DNA of 64,000 nucleotides from Fistulifera solaris (Eukaryota), in contig AP026131.1 in the NCBI GenBank assembly GCA_030295235.1, positions 1,116,001 to 1,180,000 of the forward strand, read 5' to 3'. A model generated the notes under the pieces. That model searched no databases and was not told the DNA's origin. It worked only from the letters and a program-made list of their open reading frames with translations. Of the stretch, positions 25,494 through 37,677 are shown one piece after another. Each line of letters begins with the position of its first letter. Within the stretch, counting starts at the first letter, position 1. Position numbers and translations under genes: made by a program.

Positions 25494-26219
25494 CTATGCT
25501 GATCTCTCGCTGTTCAATTGATCTACGTAAGACTGCCAATCTGAAGGTGCTGTTTGACGATCATTGCGTAAGGCGATCTGCTCTTGCTCCTGATTCCAAT
25601 CGAACATTCTCAATGTCGACGAAATAGCTAATTTGTATTGTCGGTCGTCGTCCTCATTGTCTTCCGTCGCAAACGGCAAAAGCGGACGATGTTTTTCGTC
25701 AGTAAATTGCTCCTTTTCTTCTTTTGGTGTCTCGAGAACAAGGGGTAAGACAGGACTTTCTCGACGGGCGCCTGGAATGTGTCCCTTTATGAATGCCGTC
25801 CAAGCTTCTTCGACGACGTCAAAACAGTGTCCATCTGTAAGCGGCAAGCCCTGAGACTGCAAGACTGTTCTTCGAAACGCTTTTGACGATCTTATGGACT
25901 GAAATTCCAAATCGCTTCGTCGGCAGCTGACATCTCGAGTTTGATAGTGGTCGACTAAGGCGTTCGACAAACGGTGTAAACTGGTGCAGTTGCAGTCCGT
26001 TAACATGGGCCGTCCTTTGTTTGTAAGAACTACCTTTTGTCCCGACGTAACGACTTTCTTTGCTGTATAGTCGAGACTACCATCCTGATTCTGTTCAAAT
26101 CGAACAACACAACCGCAGGTCGGGCTGCATTGCTGCCCCCAGGCGGCGGGTGACGCTGCGGCGACATCCTTCCGTTTGCTCCGAACAGCGGCTCGGAGAG
26201 GGTATAATAAGAATCTCAT
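25494..26219 (-). CDS. Hypothetical Cys-motif protein, possibly divergent IscU/NifU-N-like, likely mitochondrial
   Basis: SPTCGCVVRF, DCNCTSL, HCFDVVEEAWTAFI; Arg-rich N-terminus. Confidence 0.55.
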   Translation of the reverse strand: MRFLLYPLRAAVRSKRKDVAAASPAAWGQQCSPTCGCVVRFEQNQDGSLDYTAKKVVTSGQKVVLTNKGRPMLTDCNCTSLHRLSNALVDHYQTRDVSCRRSDLEFQSIRSSKAFRRTVLQSQGLPLTDGHCFDVVEEAWTAFIKGHIPGARRESPVLPLVLETPKEEKEQFTDEKHRPLLPFATEDNEDDDRQYKLAISSTLRMFDWNQEQEQIALRNDRQTAPSDWQSYVDQLNSERSA

Positions 26220-27381
26220 TGTGTTTCCTGGTGGGAAATGTGTTTAACAACACCTTTCATGTAATCAATGGGATCGGAATTTAGAATCGATGAAGAAAAT
26301 AAAGCTTACATCATCCTTTTTCTTTGATTGAACCGCGGTGATCTGATTGGTTCATTGTTCATTCGTCTCTAAGCTTACTGTAGTTTTGTGTATTGTTTCA
26401 TTCATTGTACGTTTCCACTATCGATTAAGATGTTAGTTTAGATAAGTAGCAAGATGCTTTCTCAGTACCAAACTTGATTTTCTTTCTCTTTGACGCACTG
26501 ATCGCGGGTATACGTGGTCAAAAAGGCTACATTTAGAGCCATAGTCAATATTGACACCAATGATGTCAGACGTCAGACATCTTGGCACTTTGGCACTACT
26601 TCTTGCTTCTTGTCGACGTCACAACACGTTCTCGGTCTCGTCATACGTCACCTCACATTTTAACCTTAGCCCTTGTTCTTAGCTCGTAGAACACTGGTGC
26701 AACGTTCAACGTTATTACGGAGTATTTTTAATAGATTTTGTAGTCTATCTGGTAGTTGATGAGATAAAGCAGTTTCAAAGTAACCTTACAGTGCCTGAGT
26801 TTGACTGTGTTAATTCCTAGGCAATTTTAACAATGAAACTTTTATACGTCGTTAAGTCTTGAAGCAAAACGGCGTTTCGACTTTTTCTAAGTCTATAGAG
26901 AAGAGAGACAACTAGCCTTTCATTACGTCTAAGGCTCTTGGGTGAGGAGTCTTTCAAGAGATTGCAGTTACAATGCGATGATTTTCACGACGGTGAAGAT
27001 GATGATTTGTGATGGCACATCATGGTCGCGCATGCTGCGTGGTCTGACGCAAGAGGCGAAGTTTCGTGCCTCGCGCATGACGCCGCATGACAAAGGCCGA
27101 GTTCCTTCATAAGAATGATACAAGTCACGAACGAGTAGTGCGCTCCCGAGTTGAAGATCGTTACGGTACAAATTTGAACGCGAGACTTCGTCTGACTTGG
27201 AAAGACGAAACTGTGACTAAAACGCCGGAAACTAACTTCCGGAAGCCAAGTACCGGATAGCAAAGGTATGGAGTTTTCTCACAGATTTTTGCCGAAGGCG
27301 GAAAAAGATGAAGGGCCAAAACCTCTTTCTTCAATTGCCAAAGACAATGATTGATACACTTGTTATAATTAGGCCTTCACT

Positions 27382-28976
27382 ATGAGCAAGTTGACGGATA
27401 AAGAGATCGAGGACGTCGCAAACGATGTAGAATCAATCGACAAAACCGCCCCGTCTTCGATCAACAAAAACGATGACGGGCGTGAAGAAAAAGAAAAATC
27501 AACAAAAGAAAGAAAAAACAAGAAAAGGGATCGACGTGCTCATCGTGTAGAGGGGCAAATGCCGGCACCACCATTAAGTGCTTACAATTTCTTCTTTCGC
27601 GCCGAACGACTAGGGGGGAAGTGATGGCAAGCGAGACGAGCCGAAAAGCCTAGAACAGGACGCCCCTTCAGGAGCCGATACCAAAGGATTATCAGATTTT
27701 CAAACGATGACAAAAAGCATAGGTCTCAAATGGCGAGAGCTACCAGCAGATCAGAAGCGCACCTTCGAAGACCTCGCGAAAGAGGACCTAGGTCGTTATC
27801 GCCGCGAACTCGCGGAATACAACGAGGAAATAATTCGATCAACGAAAATTGGCCGGGCCTCACTCGAAGGACGTATAAAAAGCGCCATTCATCATCGAAC
27901 TGAGGACAGTGAAAACGATTCGAAACCTTTCGCGGCGACGGCTCAGATACCGGAAAGCGAGGCTGTCAATCACAGTGAATTATCTGGTTTTCCAACACAA
28001 CAATATGCACTGCCATCGACAGAATCTATCTCTCAGCGCTTTGATCAAAGTACTAGCGATCTCCGAGAAAGTCTGGGAATACAAACGAGCACAAGTGGGT
28101 CAACGCGTCAATACGAGCCACTGCTGCAACAGTATGCTGCTGAAAATGTCATCTTGCAACATCTCTTGTCGGGCATTGCACAATCATCACTGAGCACGTT
28201 AGAGCAACCTTCACCTTCCCCAATGTTCTCCCACCTCTTGCATCAACTTCAAAACGCACAAGAATCTCAAAGCAACGCTCGAATGGTAGACACTGCTTTA
28301 TCTAGAGCAGCTCTTTTGGAACAAATGAATCATCGTCTGAACTCCCAAATAGGTGGCAGATTCGAAAATATTCCCTCACTGTTTCATTCTCAACAGCAGC
28401 AAACAGAGGCTCAAGAAGCGACTGCGTGGCGAAATCTTCAGCAACAGATTCTCAATCCTTTTCATAATTTTTTCTTCCTCTGAGCCATCGCCAAGCGTTG
28501 CTGATTTTCTTATTGCAGAACGTAACCGAAACCTGTTCGGACAACTCGAAGCAGGGCAAAATCAACAGCTCGCGTTGCAGAATGTTATTCAGACGACACC
28601 GCAAGATCAACAGGCGCTTCTACAGCATCTCAGAATGCAACTTTCGCAAACAACGGCGATCACCAGCACTCCGACGGTGGATCCACAGGAATTACTTCGA
28701 CAGATGATGGCAGAAGAAGAAAGAAAAGAGCCAACAAAGGTAGCGCCAGATTACGTATCAGAGAGGAGAAACGACAAAGGTAGTCTCAGCTCTCATGCAT
28801 GCGTTGTCTCACACCAATGTCAGTGGCTTACTTCATCGCGACGAGGCCACAGCTGCCGCGCGGTTCAAGTGTTGCCTCCTTCGCTTGCATCGGAGGCGAG
28901 TCGGAGAAATAAAAAAAAAGTATCTGTCTTTGAATCGCCATTTTTCCAAGAATTTGCCGTTTGTGTTTCAGCATAA
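27382..28976 (+). CDS. HMG-box transcription factor with Gln-rich tail, frameshifted; 3' end uncertain
   Basis: PPLSAYNFFFRAER ... MTKSIGLKWREL...FEDLAKEDLGRYRRELAEY. Confidence 0.78.
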
Positions 28977-29428
28977 AAATATAAAGTCGATCGATTTATC
29001 ATCATTCAACGCGTTGTATTCATCGTTATTTCATGGTCGATATGAAACAATGCTTTTGTCGCTCATTTTATCGGATGATGGAGGTAGTCTATTGTTTTTT
29101 GGCCTATAACCTAAAACCCGCGACTAAATGTTTGGTCACGGGGCACTGACAACAGACTAATGCTGCTGAACTAGGTACCGTACCGGTAATCGAATCTCTA
29201 CAGCTGGATACTACAATTACAGCACCCTGAAGATATGCTACATTGACCGCGCGCTTCTCTTTTTTATAGATGGGGTATTGGAAAACAAGACACGAATCTC
29301 TGTTTCGCGGATATTCTAATTTAACTTAACACCAAACTAGCTGTTCTTACCGTCAAAATAATACGTCAAGGTGTAATACTTCAGACGATTAGTGCAACTA
29401 ATTGACAAGTCAAACTGGGCTTTAACAT

Positions 29429-31089
29429 TTAGCAGGTGATCTCCGTAGTCGGAACTTCGGTGTAGTTACTTTTGCCCCGGCGTAAACCATGTCGAAAGAA
29501 ATGGCGGACAATGAAACCAACCAAGATGATTGCAAGTAGCACATACCAGCGTACTAGAATGGACCCACGAGGTTGTGGCTGGATCCACTCACCATGGACC
29601 TGCAACAAACTCTCTCCATGTGAAACAACTACATCATCGTCGATGATCGGTTCCCAACCATCCGGGTCGATCGTTGACGGATCAGGAAACTCGTGTATGA
29701 CAGCCATACTATCATTTGTCTTGAATATAATATCATAACATGAACCATACAGTTCTTCACTAGGCGTAAACGGATCTTTGGAGATTTTCGGGAGCCACCC
29801 TTCGTGAAACGCCCTCAAAAAGTCCCATTCCGCAAAAGCACCTCCTTCCATTTTCGCCGTCCAGTAAAACCATCCGGCACTAAGACCCGCACCTGCCGCT
29901 TCGTACGAAACAATTTGCGCTTGGGCAAAGTGTTTCAGAAACTCTGTCGATCGGGAGAAAGTTCGCGGTCCAGAAAGGCTGCCGTGCCATTTGCGGCGAT
30001 ACTGTCCATGATGACTCGTAACACAGCCACCGGTAAAGAATCTACCGCAACGCTCCACTCTCCAACAATTCGAGACACACCACGAGAGACTTGTTGTCGG
30101 TGCGGTTCGTAACAACATCCGATCAGGTCACGATGCTCGTTCTGACACGTATAGGCAATGTGTTGCCGTGGACTCAGAGCGCGGGGATGCTCCGCAAACA
30201 CTTGATAAAAGTGCGAGTCCAAAAAGGTATTCGCATAGCGGGTAGGATCGAGCCACCAATGACCATTGTTGAATGAATCCGATGAGAACATATCACTGGC
30301 GTAGATGGAAACCTTCGGGCCCATCGTGCTTCTGACAATATCCAGTCCTTCCTCTAGGAACGATTCGTACACTTCGCGATCGCAGTCTAAAAATGGTTCA
30401 TTCAGTAGACCAAAGCCGGTGACGACATCGTCCAAGCCGTCTGCGACAATTTGTTCCGTAATTTCCCGAATCACCTGCAGACTGCGCTGCACATGCTCGG
30501 GATGTGTCGACCATCCTTCACAAGTAGCGTCCTTCAACGTTTGCCCCGAATTATCAAAGCCATTTTGTGAGCCCGGTGCGGTGTGAATGTCGGGCCAAAC
30601 TTGGAGCCCGAGTTGTCGCGACCACGCACAGAGACGTTGAAAGTATTTCCAGCGGTCCCCCACCACCCAAGGTTCGCCTTTGTGCTTATTTCGGAGAATC
30701 CAATGAGGGAGAGGAACACGAAGATGTGTCACTCCGGCGTCTTTGAGATCTTGGATGTCTTGAAAGGCAATAAAGTGCTCAAAGTGGTAATTGAGCCATT
30801 GCTCGGCGGTTTCTTCTTGGGGGAACGCTTGCCCTAACGTGTATTCGTCCATCGGATAATCGGGGCCATCGACCGTCTCCATCAAAAACGGATGACACCG
30901 CTTTAAATCACACAGTTGATAATCTTCATGATGCTTTGGTGGGGCACTGGCTTGCCCAGGATACCAACAGAACTCACCCCGCAGATGACAGTCGGTAACC
31001 GCGAACTGATACGGCGTAATGTAACGCTCCAGAACCAACCAACCGCCTATATTGACTCCTCGAATCCAGGATGGACGAACGTCGTGCAT
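29429..31089 (-). CDS. GH5 exo-1,3-beta-glucanase-like with C-terminal TM helix, frameshift ~29940
   Basis: IRGVNIGGWLVLE, DIHTAPGSQNGFDNSG, LLNEP, DSHFYQVF, IVGEWS, GWFYWT; TM WYVLLAIILVGFIV. Confidence 0.88.
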
Positions 31090-31333
31090 GGTTGTGTGTC
31101 AAAGTGTTGTTTGTTGTGAAAAAGTCGCTTTGACACCAATGCGCTATTTGAAAATGCAACGGTGCAGAGAAAATTATGGAAGAAGTTTTTTTTGTGAAGG
31201 GTGTCTCGAGTCTCGAGTGGTGTCGTCGGCTGGTTGTTTCGCCCAGAAGGAACTCGCTGGGAGTATGTTCATCGGTTAGTAGTGATATATTATTACAAAG
31301 AAACTCCCCGGAACTAGGTGCACCACGTCGATG

Positions 31334-31651
31334 TGTTAGAAAATGCAAATTCCACTTCGGCGATTCACGAAACTTATCCGTGAACCAATACAAACACTAC
31401 GCAGCAATCAGCTTATGTAGGGCCGAACTCGATACAATAACTTGTCAATAAAAGGAGAGTAAATAAAACTTCCGTCTATTAACTGGATTGTTTCAAGAGA
31501 ATGAGCTCTTGAAACCATCAAGGATAACGCCGGCCCATGTTACCGCTTTTACTAACTTTCACATTGGCCCGCCTGTTCTTTACTGCGTCAGTTTTATCGT
31601 TCTCATCTTCACTACGGTTAGAGATCGTTTCAGATTCGCGAACTTCCAACA
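31334..31651 (-). repeat. 3' LTR (318 bp)
   Basis: Near-identical to 36925-37239; the pol stop codon lies inside it. Confidence 0.95.
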
Positions 31652-34600
31652 CGCTCCTCGATCTGAAACGGTTCCTCGCTGTCTAGAGAGTTAACGTGGG
31701 CGTGTCCCATGATAACTGACCTTAGTTTCAGAAACAAACTTCCTTGCAATGGTTTTGTGAAGAAATCGGCTATCATCTTTAAAGTGGGGCAGTGTCGGAT
31801 GGTAATTCCCTCAGCTTTCACCCTGTCCTTAATAAAAAAAATAACGGATGTTGATGTGTCGCGATTTCGGTCCCGCGAGAAGTCCTTCCATTTTTCTCAA
31901 GCTTGATTGCGCTTTCGTTGTCTTGCTCGAAAATGTTTTCCTCAATTTTGTAACCTTGAGCTTCTAAAAACATCTTCATCCATAGCGTATTCGGTAGGTA
32001 ATCACTAGCCAACCAGCTCAGCTTCAGTGGAACTCTTGGTGTTCAACTTTTGTTTCGACGACTTGCAGATCAACCCTCCGGTTCCGAAGAGATAACTCCA
32101 CCAGTATGGCTTCGCATGTCGGGGTGAACAGCGTACGAAGCGTCTACCCAAGTTCGCATTTTCCCCAGATCGTCGGCTCCAATGATGTACCCAAGGTCGA
32201 AGCGTTCCTTTTAAATATTCCAACACTCTCTTCAGTTTTCGCTCGTCCTCTTCCGTGGCCTTAGAAACTCGAGTGCATAGGAAACATACTGGCAGTAAGA
32301 TGTCCATTCTGGCACGAGTTGCCACATACAAAAGCTTGGCCGATACACTGTGGAAACTATCATTTCGTTTCTTGTCGAGGCCTAGGCGAGGTCTCGTCCA
32401 CCTCAAACAAATAATGTTTAGCAGGGCGTGCTCGCAGTTCTCGAAATTTCTAAACCTGATTCCGCAATGGCCTCTTCTAGGTAACGACCTCATGCTGATG
32501 GTTGCTGTGTTGTTTCCGTTGTAGACTACTTTCATACCAAGGAACTTCGTGTTCTTTTCCACGTCTCACCGTCATTTTCCCGAAGCTCGATTCGATGTTT
32601 GAAATAACTGCTGACACTACATCCGGATCCTTGTGGGATACTTTCATGTCGTCAACATACCACACGATTGTGCATTGCGATCCATTAAAATCGCAGTTCG
32701 CCACGCATTGGTCGTGAGGGATTCAGCTCAAAACCCATGTCTTGTAGGGTTTCCGAAAACATTTTGTACCACAACAGCGCGCTTTTCACGCATCCGTGAG
32801 AGCCTTCTTCAGTTGCACGTAAATCGTCTTCTTTCCGTTCTCTACGCAGACGTAAGGTAGGTACTTTTCGCTCATTTTACAGAGGATTTCCACAGCTTTT
32901 CCGGTAAATTTCAGTATAACAAAATCATCCATCATGGCCTTCAGGTAGGCGCCTGCTACATCGCATATTCCCGCGTCTCTTCCCTCAAAAACGTCTATCA
33001 AGAACGACGTAATCAACGCGTCGGCTGCCACTGTCGGGGATGCGGTCTCAGATTTGTCGTAAAGCGACCTCTGTTTGCTTCCATCGGCCACCGTCCTGCC
33101 TTTCAGGCTTCCGTCTCGCTTTTCTTTCAGTAGATTTAGCGCTCGCGAGGGCGGCTTTCTTTTCGTCCTCGGTTAGCTCACTCGCATATCTTGGTATGAA
33201 CACCGTGAGGTCATCAAGCTGTTGAAATTCCTGTAGGAGTGCGTTCTCTGCTTTCTCTCCGTGTTTGCGCAGGCCGGCTTGCTCTGACATTTGGGTCAAT
33301 ATCACCGCTACCACAACACGTAGCACGGAGTCAGTGACGATACTTTCCTTGACGCTTCGCTGTTGCATTTTGTAGCATACAAAATACATTCCTGCTAGGC
33401 TCTTTGGTGTCGTCGTCGTTCTCGCACGGTTTCTACAAACGGATATTCGGACGCTCCTTGGTCTTCAACCGATGGATCGTCCTCGCCGTGTTTTCCGTCG
33501 CTATACTCGGAAACGCCGTCGCTACTATCATCATTCTCATCTGGTGGGGCGGCATTCGCTCCTGGGACTCCTGTGTCTGTCTCAAGGACGATGGTCGCTC
33601 CTAGAGTAGCCGCTCCTTGATCGTTCGCTCCTTGCTCGCCGGCCACTTCATTATCGATGTGAATTGTGGTGGTGTCTGTCTGAATGTGCGGCTCCGTGCT
33701 CGCTCCTTGGTCCATGGCATCGGTAAATGGGGCATCAAAAGGAGACGCAAGGAAATGGAGTTCCTCGTCGTCGATAGAAAGAAAACGGTCATCCAGGTCA
33801 TGGTCGTCAGCTCGCTCCTTCGTGTGTGGTAGATAGTCCTTGTCGTATTCATCGCCGCCGATCGGCATGTCGGGATCCCATTCAAAAACGAGGCCGGTTT
33901 CCTGAATGGGGGCTGGTCCTCAGCCAAAGCCAGAGCATGGACACGATCGATGGCCGTATCCGGGATCCGTCCGACGCGTTGCCATTGGTGCCGGGTGACA
34001 CGAGCACCGGTGGCGAGGGACATGAAAGCGTAGTCGCCATTGGCATTTCCGCTGGGGCCAAGGGCAATGGCCCCCAGCCGTACGGGAGTGAAGTGTATTG
34101 CTGGGTGTAGTAGGCTCGAAAATTTGTACGTACTCGCCAAACTCCAAAGTCATCTTATTGTAATCGGGAAAACCTGCGCCAGTGACGATCGTGGTGGGGC
34201 TCATGGTATCGGAAACTCCGTCGCGACGGGGAAAAAGATTGAGACAGCGCACAGCATCCTTGACGAGCTCCACGACCATAAGTTTGGGGAGACGCTTATA
34301 CGGCATACCATGCACAGCAGCACGGGTACGCTTCGCGGATGGTGCGAATGGAACGCTCAACTTCACCAACGTGGCTGTCAGCAGGGACAACATCAAGAAG
34401 CACAGGGAGGACCTCATCCTTTATGCAGCTGAACTCGTTGTCGCAGTGCATCCCGTGGACGACAAAACCTCGCGTGCTGTACAAATTGATGGCACGTTTG
34501 GTTTCGTGAAGAATTGTTTTCTTCGACCTGTCGGGAACGGAGGCAAGGGTGCGGTATCCGATGTTGGCAGCGAGATGGTGTGGAAAAAGGGAATTCCTTG

Positions 34601-36477
34601 CACAAACAGAAAATCCGCGCACAAAGTCACGTCACGATGATGTAGAAGAATGGGTGCCGGAATCGGGATAGCTTTGAAAGAGGGCACGTGAGGCGCGTCA
34701 GCACCGCTGGCGTGTCTTTCCTTTCAGCGTTATGACATCAGGCCCATAAATGGCTAAAGCACGTTTGGCTGCCGTCGGTGATCGGAGAGTTCGCGAATGA
34801 AGTTGCTTCGGAGGTACCATTCAAACTCTTCTTCGGAGGGTCGACCTGCAATGCGATAAATACGCCTTGCCTCGTCTGCGGCGTCAATCTGGCGTTTGGT
34901 CCACAGCTTCTTCTGTCCTGCTACGGTTTGAAGTAACGTGTACATTTTAACGGAGGTGCTATCGTTAGGGCTAAAAACGTATAGACCGGAGTCCGCTTCT
35001 TCGAAACGCATTTCTGAACCGTCCAAACGATGAACGATAAAGGCAGGGGACTCGGACGTATCCATGGTGATGCGACAGACACGGCGGACCTCGGCAAGCG
35101 AAAGGATGTTCGCAATCGACTCGGGATTGTACCAGACAGGACCTAGATTCGGGAAATCGCCAATCAGGTTCGAGGGTTTGACTACCGCCCGTTGGTGATG
35201 GCGCGCAGCACTTGCTCACTGGGGGCGGATGTTCGTAAGCATGGATGCATTCCGGAAAACAGAGACTGTGGATTGTGAGTCAAGCAAAATCCAGTTGGGG
35301 TCGATCCCGCTGTCCGAGGGCGGCGTGCAAGGACGAAACCGTGTTGCATCAAAGTTGTTCCGGCTGACGGTCGGGCCATTGGGACAGCGGTTTCGCGAAA
35401 TGACCAGGCTGCTTGCACTTGCTGCAAGTGATATGAGCGAACACTTCGCCCGTTGGTACCAGGAACGACAGTTCCGACTTGGGCAGTAGGTGATGCCGCT
35501 CACTTCGCTTCGCTCCTGTGACGGCACCGGTGATGGCCGTGTTGGTTGTGGAGGGCTTTGCGCGGACTGCGACTGAGAGTTGTTCCGGGCTTGCTGCTGT
35601 TAAAAGAATTCGCTAGCTCGTTCGAAGACTGCCAAAACGCACGGGGTCTGCGTTGCGGATGATGGCAAGTGCAAGAGTCCCTTCCCTGGCCCGCTCATAT
35701 CCTCCGAGGTCGGGCACAGCGTCTGGGTCATCTCGATCGCGAAAAACGTACTCGGCAATGTGGCCGCCGTAGCACTCAATGGCCTCGGCCCATCCACGCA
35801 AGTTCTCGACGTAAGCTTCCACCGATTCGCTGGCGTGTTGTGAACAGTTCAGGAAATTGTACCGGGCGCCGAGGGAGAGAGAGTCCGAGCTTTTTGGTGG
35901 AGTCAAACTGCAACATGATAGACCGAATGTTAGTAAACAACCACACACAATCGGTGTCCTTAGGACGCTGTTTTGTACCCGTCCAGGGCTTTCAATCGCG
36001 CCTTCATAGCGGGGGGTGCACTGCTTCCAACCAGCGGTGAAAGGGCAGGGAGGCTCACTTCGACAAGTTGCTCGTGGTGCCTTTCGACGCTTACAGTCGC
36101 GTTCGTATTGATCTTCCAAACGGTAGCGGTGCATCGTCGGGTGGCGGGGTGGGTGCTGTCAGCACGGGAGCCTCAATTGTTGTTCCAAAAATCGGTGCAA
36201 GGTCCTCGGCGTACGTGATTTTTGTACGCGCGTATCCCTGCAGCTCTTCCATGGTCCTTCCAAAAGACGGTCTGGTCTGGCTCCTCCTGCGGTCTCAAAA
36301 ACGTAACCGTTCATCTCGGCTATTTCTCCTTCGTGAGGGACGCGTTCTTTGGGCTTGGCCGCGGCATTGTCGGCCGATCTTTGGCCTCGGTTGCGGTTGC
36401 GGTTCCTTCCTCCTCGTCCAGCTGCGGCAGCGGTCGCCGGGTGGTACCCTGCTCAGTGGCCGGCTTGGTTTCGCTGT

Positions 36478-36850
36478 TCATGATCGGTGCCGGTCTCGTC
36501 GGGTCTGTGCGAGATGTTGTTGAGCTCTGTAGACTTGGAGGTTCAACTCGTTTCGCAAATACACCCGTGTCCGAGTTACTCGCGTTACAACTCCGCTACC
36601 GATACTGCTCGATGATCTGGGGGCGCCCACGGGCCGGTCCAAGTTGCAGGGCGGTTCACTTGGTTTTCGATGCATTTCGGTCGCCAATCTCAAACACAAA
36701 AACCTCTTCGAACTCGCCCGAATCGTCCACACCTTGCGTTCGTCTCGCGTTGTTGATTGCCTCGACTTGTGCGATGAGGGCGTTCTCTCGGAGTCGTAGA
36801 CTTTGTAGCTCTTTGATAATGGCAGCAATCCTTTCGTCGCCGTCTTGCAT
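36478..36850 (-). CDS. Small extra ORF of the retrotransposon upstream of gag (coiled coil plus KOW/SH3-like part), frameshifted
   Basis: MQDGDERIAAIIKELQSLRL...FEIGDR...GVVTRVTRTRVYL...; its TGA overlaps the gag ATG (ATGA 36481-36478). Confidence 0.55.
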
Positions 36851-36910
36851 CAGCTGAGAGGACGTATAGGTGTCGAAAACAAATTCGAAACAATAGAGAA
36901 AAATAATCTT

Positions 36911-36924
36911 TTCTCTTGAAACAA
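36911..36924 (-). promoter_or_regulatory. Non-tRNA primer-binding site TTGTTTCAAGAGAA, complementary to LTR 37079-37092
   Basis: Directly abuts the 5' LTR end; lacks the TGG start; perfect 14-nt complement inside the LTR. Confidence 0.7.
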
Positions 36925-37239
36925 TGTTAGAAAATGCAAATTCCACTTCGGCGATTCACGAAACTTATCCGTGAACCAATACAAACACTACGCAGCAATC
37001 AGCTTATGTAGGGCCGAACTCGATACAATAACTTGTCAATAAAAGGAGAGTAAATAAAACTTCCGTCTATTAACTGGATTGTTTCAAGAGAATGAGCTCT
37101 TGAAACCACCGCGGACAACGCCGGCCCATGTTACCGTTTACTAACTTTCACATTGGCCCGCCTGTTCTTTACTGCGTCAGTTTTATCGTTCTCATCTTCA
37201 CTACGGTTAGAGATCGTTTCAGATTCGCAACTTCCAACA
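36925..37239 (-). repeat. 5' LTR (315 bp)
   Basis: TGTTGG...CTAACA on the element strand; matches 31334-31651. Confidence 0.95.
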
Positions 37240-37677
37240 CGATGATGCTGTGTTTTCTCGCCAGAATGACGGCAGCGCAGTCACGCCACCGTTCAGTCAC
37301 TCTTTCATGCGCAGTAAGGATAAAGGTATTCCGTGCGTTCGCAACTTGAACCTTGCGAAAAACGCAACTTGACGTCATGTACACTTTGTCACCAAAGCGG
37401 CACTCATCCATCGATGTGATTGGTTTAGCATAACACAAAATTTCTGACTCATTGGTAAGCTTCCGATCTCCTTGAAGTTCACCGTGATTTCGACGTCAGC
37501 ACGAGACACTACACTTTATTCTATAGACACTTGGAAGCTCGATCGGTCCGTCCATCCGGAAAAACATCGAGCTGATGCGAAGATGAGGCGCAATACAACC
37601 AAAAAGACTGGCTCTCCGTTGGCGTGTTGTATTCCACAATAAATTCCTTTCCATAAAAGTTTTCATCAATAGCCGAC

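Larger units (their letters stand above)
31334..37239 (-). mobile_element. Full-length Ty1/copia LTR retrotransposon (CoDi-type), ~5.9 kb, TSD CGATG
   Basis: TG..CA LTRs; CGATG at 31329-31333 and 37240-37244; domain order gag Zn-knuckle (CSKCKQPGH), PR (ILLDSQS), INT (CADF, CDNEF, GEVERSI), RT (CDVAGAYL, WYVDD), RH (KSSTEAE, QDNESAI, ADFFTKPLQG); purine-rich GAGGAGCG before the 3' LTR; many frameshifts. Confidence 0.96.

Noticed and set aside
28818..29152. Possible MITE bounded by TGTCAGTG..CACTGACA
   Set aside because: Only an 8-bp inverted match and no target-site duplication
36911..36924. PBS for a tRNA-Ser(UGA) anticodon-loop fragment
   Set aside because: Only the CTTGAAA core resembles such a loop, whereas the LTR match is a perfect 14-mer; a formal tRNA search is still needed
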